Of a DNA stretch of 27,396 nt, positions 27,040 through 27,396 are shown piece after piece. The stretch is from Deltaproteobacteria bacterium (lineage in GTDB: Bacteria > Desulfobacterota > Binatia > Binatales > Binataceae), in assembly GCA_027317185.1 (NCBI GenBank), contig DAHVFB010000048.1, positions 1 to 27,396 on the forward strand, given 5' to 3'. A model generated the notes under the pieces. That model ran no database searches. It was not told where the DNA came from and saw only the letters and a list, made by a program, of their open reading frames with translations. Position 1 is the first letter of the stretch. Each line of letters opens with the position of its first letter. Both the position numbers and the translations under genes were made by a program.

Positions 27040-27396
27040 TCACGCCTCCGGATCAGTGCTCCCCAGCAGCGGGCTCCGCGTTATCAGACGCCCCGTTTCG
27101 ATCATAATCGCGACTGGTTGCGTCAGGATACCGAGCCCGAAACCGAGCAGATTGAGATGGGCCCGCGTGAGGAGAATGTAAACCAGCCCAATAATTAACA
27201 GCAATTTCAGCGGCGCGGCAAGCGCACCGAGGACGCCGGCGCCGCCGGTTCCGCGCGCGACCGCAAGCAGCGTGCGCGCAATCGCGGCCAGCGCCAGCAG
27301 GTCGAGCATCATCACCACCGCCCCGCACATTACGCCGACGGCCGCGGCAGGAGTGCCGTACCACCACACCACCGCGGCTATCGCCCCGGCCAGCAC
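27040..27396 (-). CDS. Small hydrophobic AtpI/AtpZ-like ATP-synthase-associated membrane protein (gene likely continues beyond window end)
   Basis: It is polytopic and hydrophobic at ~118+ aa, immediately upstream of and 1 nt from atpB, which is the usual position of atpI. No specific motif was recognised. Confidence 0.45.
   Translation of the reverse strand: MLAGAIAAVVWWYGTPAAAVGVMCGAVVMMLDLLALAAIARTLLAVARGTGGAGVLGALAAPLKLLLIIGLVYILLTRAHLNLLGFGLGILTQPVAIMIETGRLITRSPLLGSTDPEA

Overview
This window is a high-GC (roughly 60–65% by eye) bacterial chromosomal segment carrying the conserved origin-proximal housekeeping cluster in a rearranged form. On the minus strand the order is mnmE→mnmG→rsmG→(amidohydrolase)→parA. 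On the plus strand, diverging from a 363-bp intergenic region, it is rpmH/rnpA→yidD→yidC→jag(khpB). No dnaA gene and no convincing DnaA boxes are present, and there are two near-consensus parS sites. Downstream lie a 7Fe ferredoxin, fumarase C, a prokaryotic pentameric ligand-gated ion channel, a small low-GC membrane ORF, an LLM-family flavin oxidoreductase, a methylcrotonyl-CoA carboxylase beta-type carboxyltransferase, MutS2, an AsmA-family protein, a family-4-like UDG, an Smr-domain protein, an SPFH/band-7 protein and a truncated F0 operon (atpI-like, atpB, atpE) ending in a terminator. The ion-channel gene has an SD-preceded signal-peptide segment that is cut from the channel body by an in-frame TAG. 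The most unusual element is a ~1.36-kb low-GC insertion (24380..25739) between the SPFH gene and atpE. It is bounded by 97-bp imperfect direct repeats that duplicate the SPFH 3' end plus half of the atpE terminator. It carries a single gene encoding a wHTH–GHKL ATPase/kinase–DUF4325(STAS-like) fusion, which is a candidate self-contained, previously uncharacterised one-gene system. Other oddities are rpmH fully nested out-of-frame inside rnpA (Thermus-like) and a repeat-rich low-complexity insert in Jag. No rRNA, tRNA, CRISPR, transposase or integrase was recognised.
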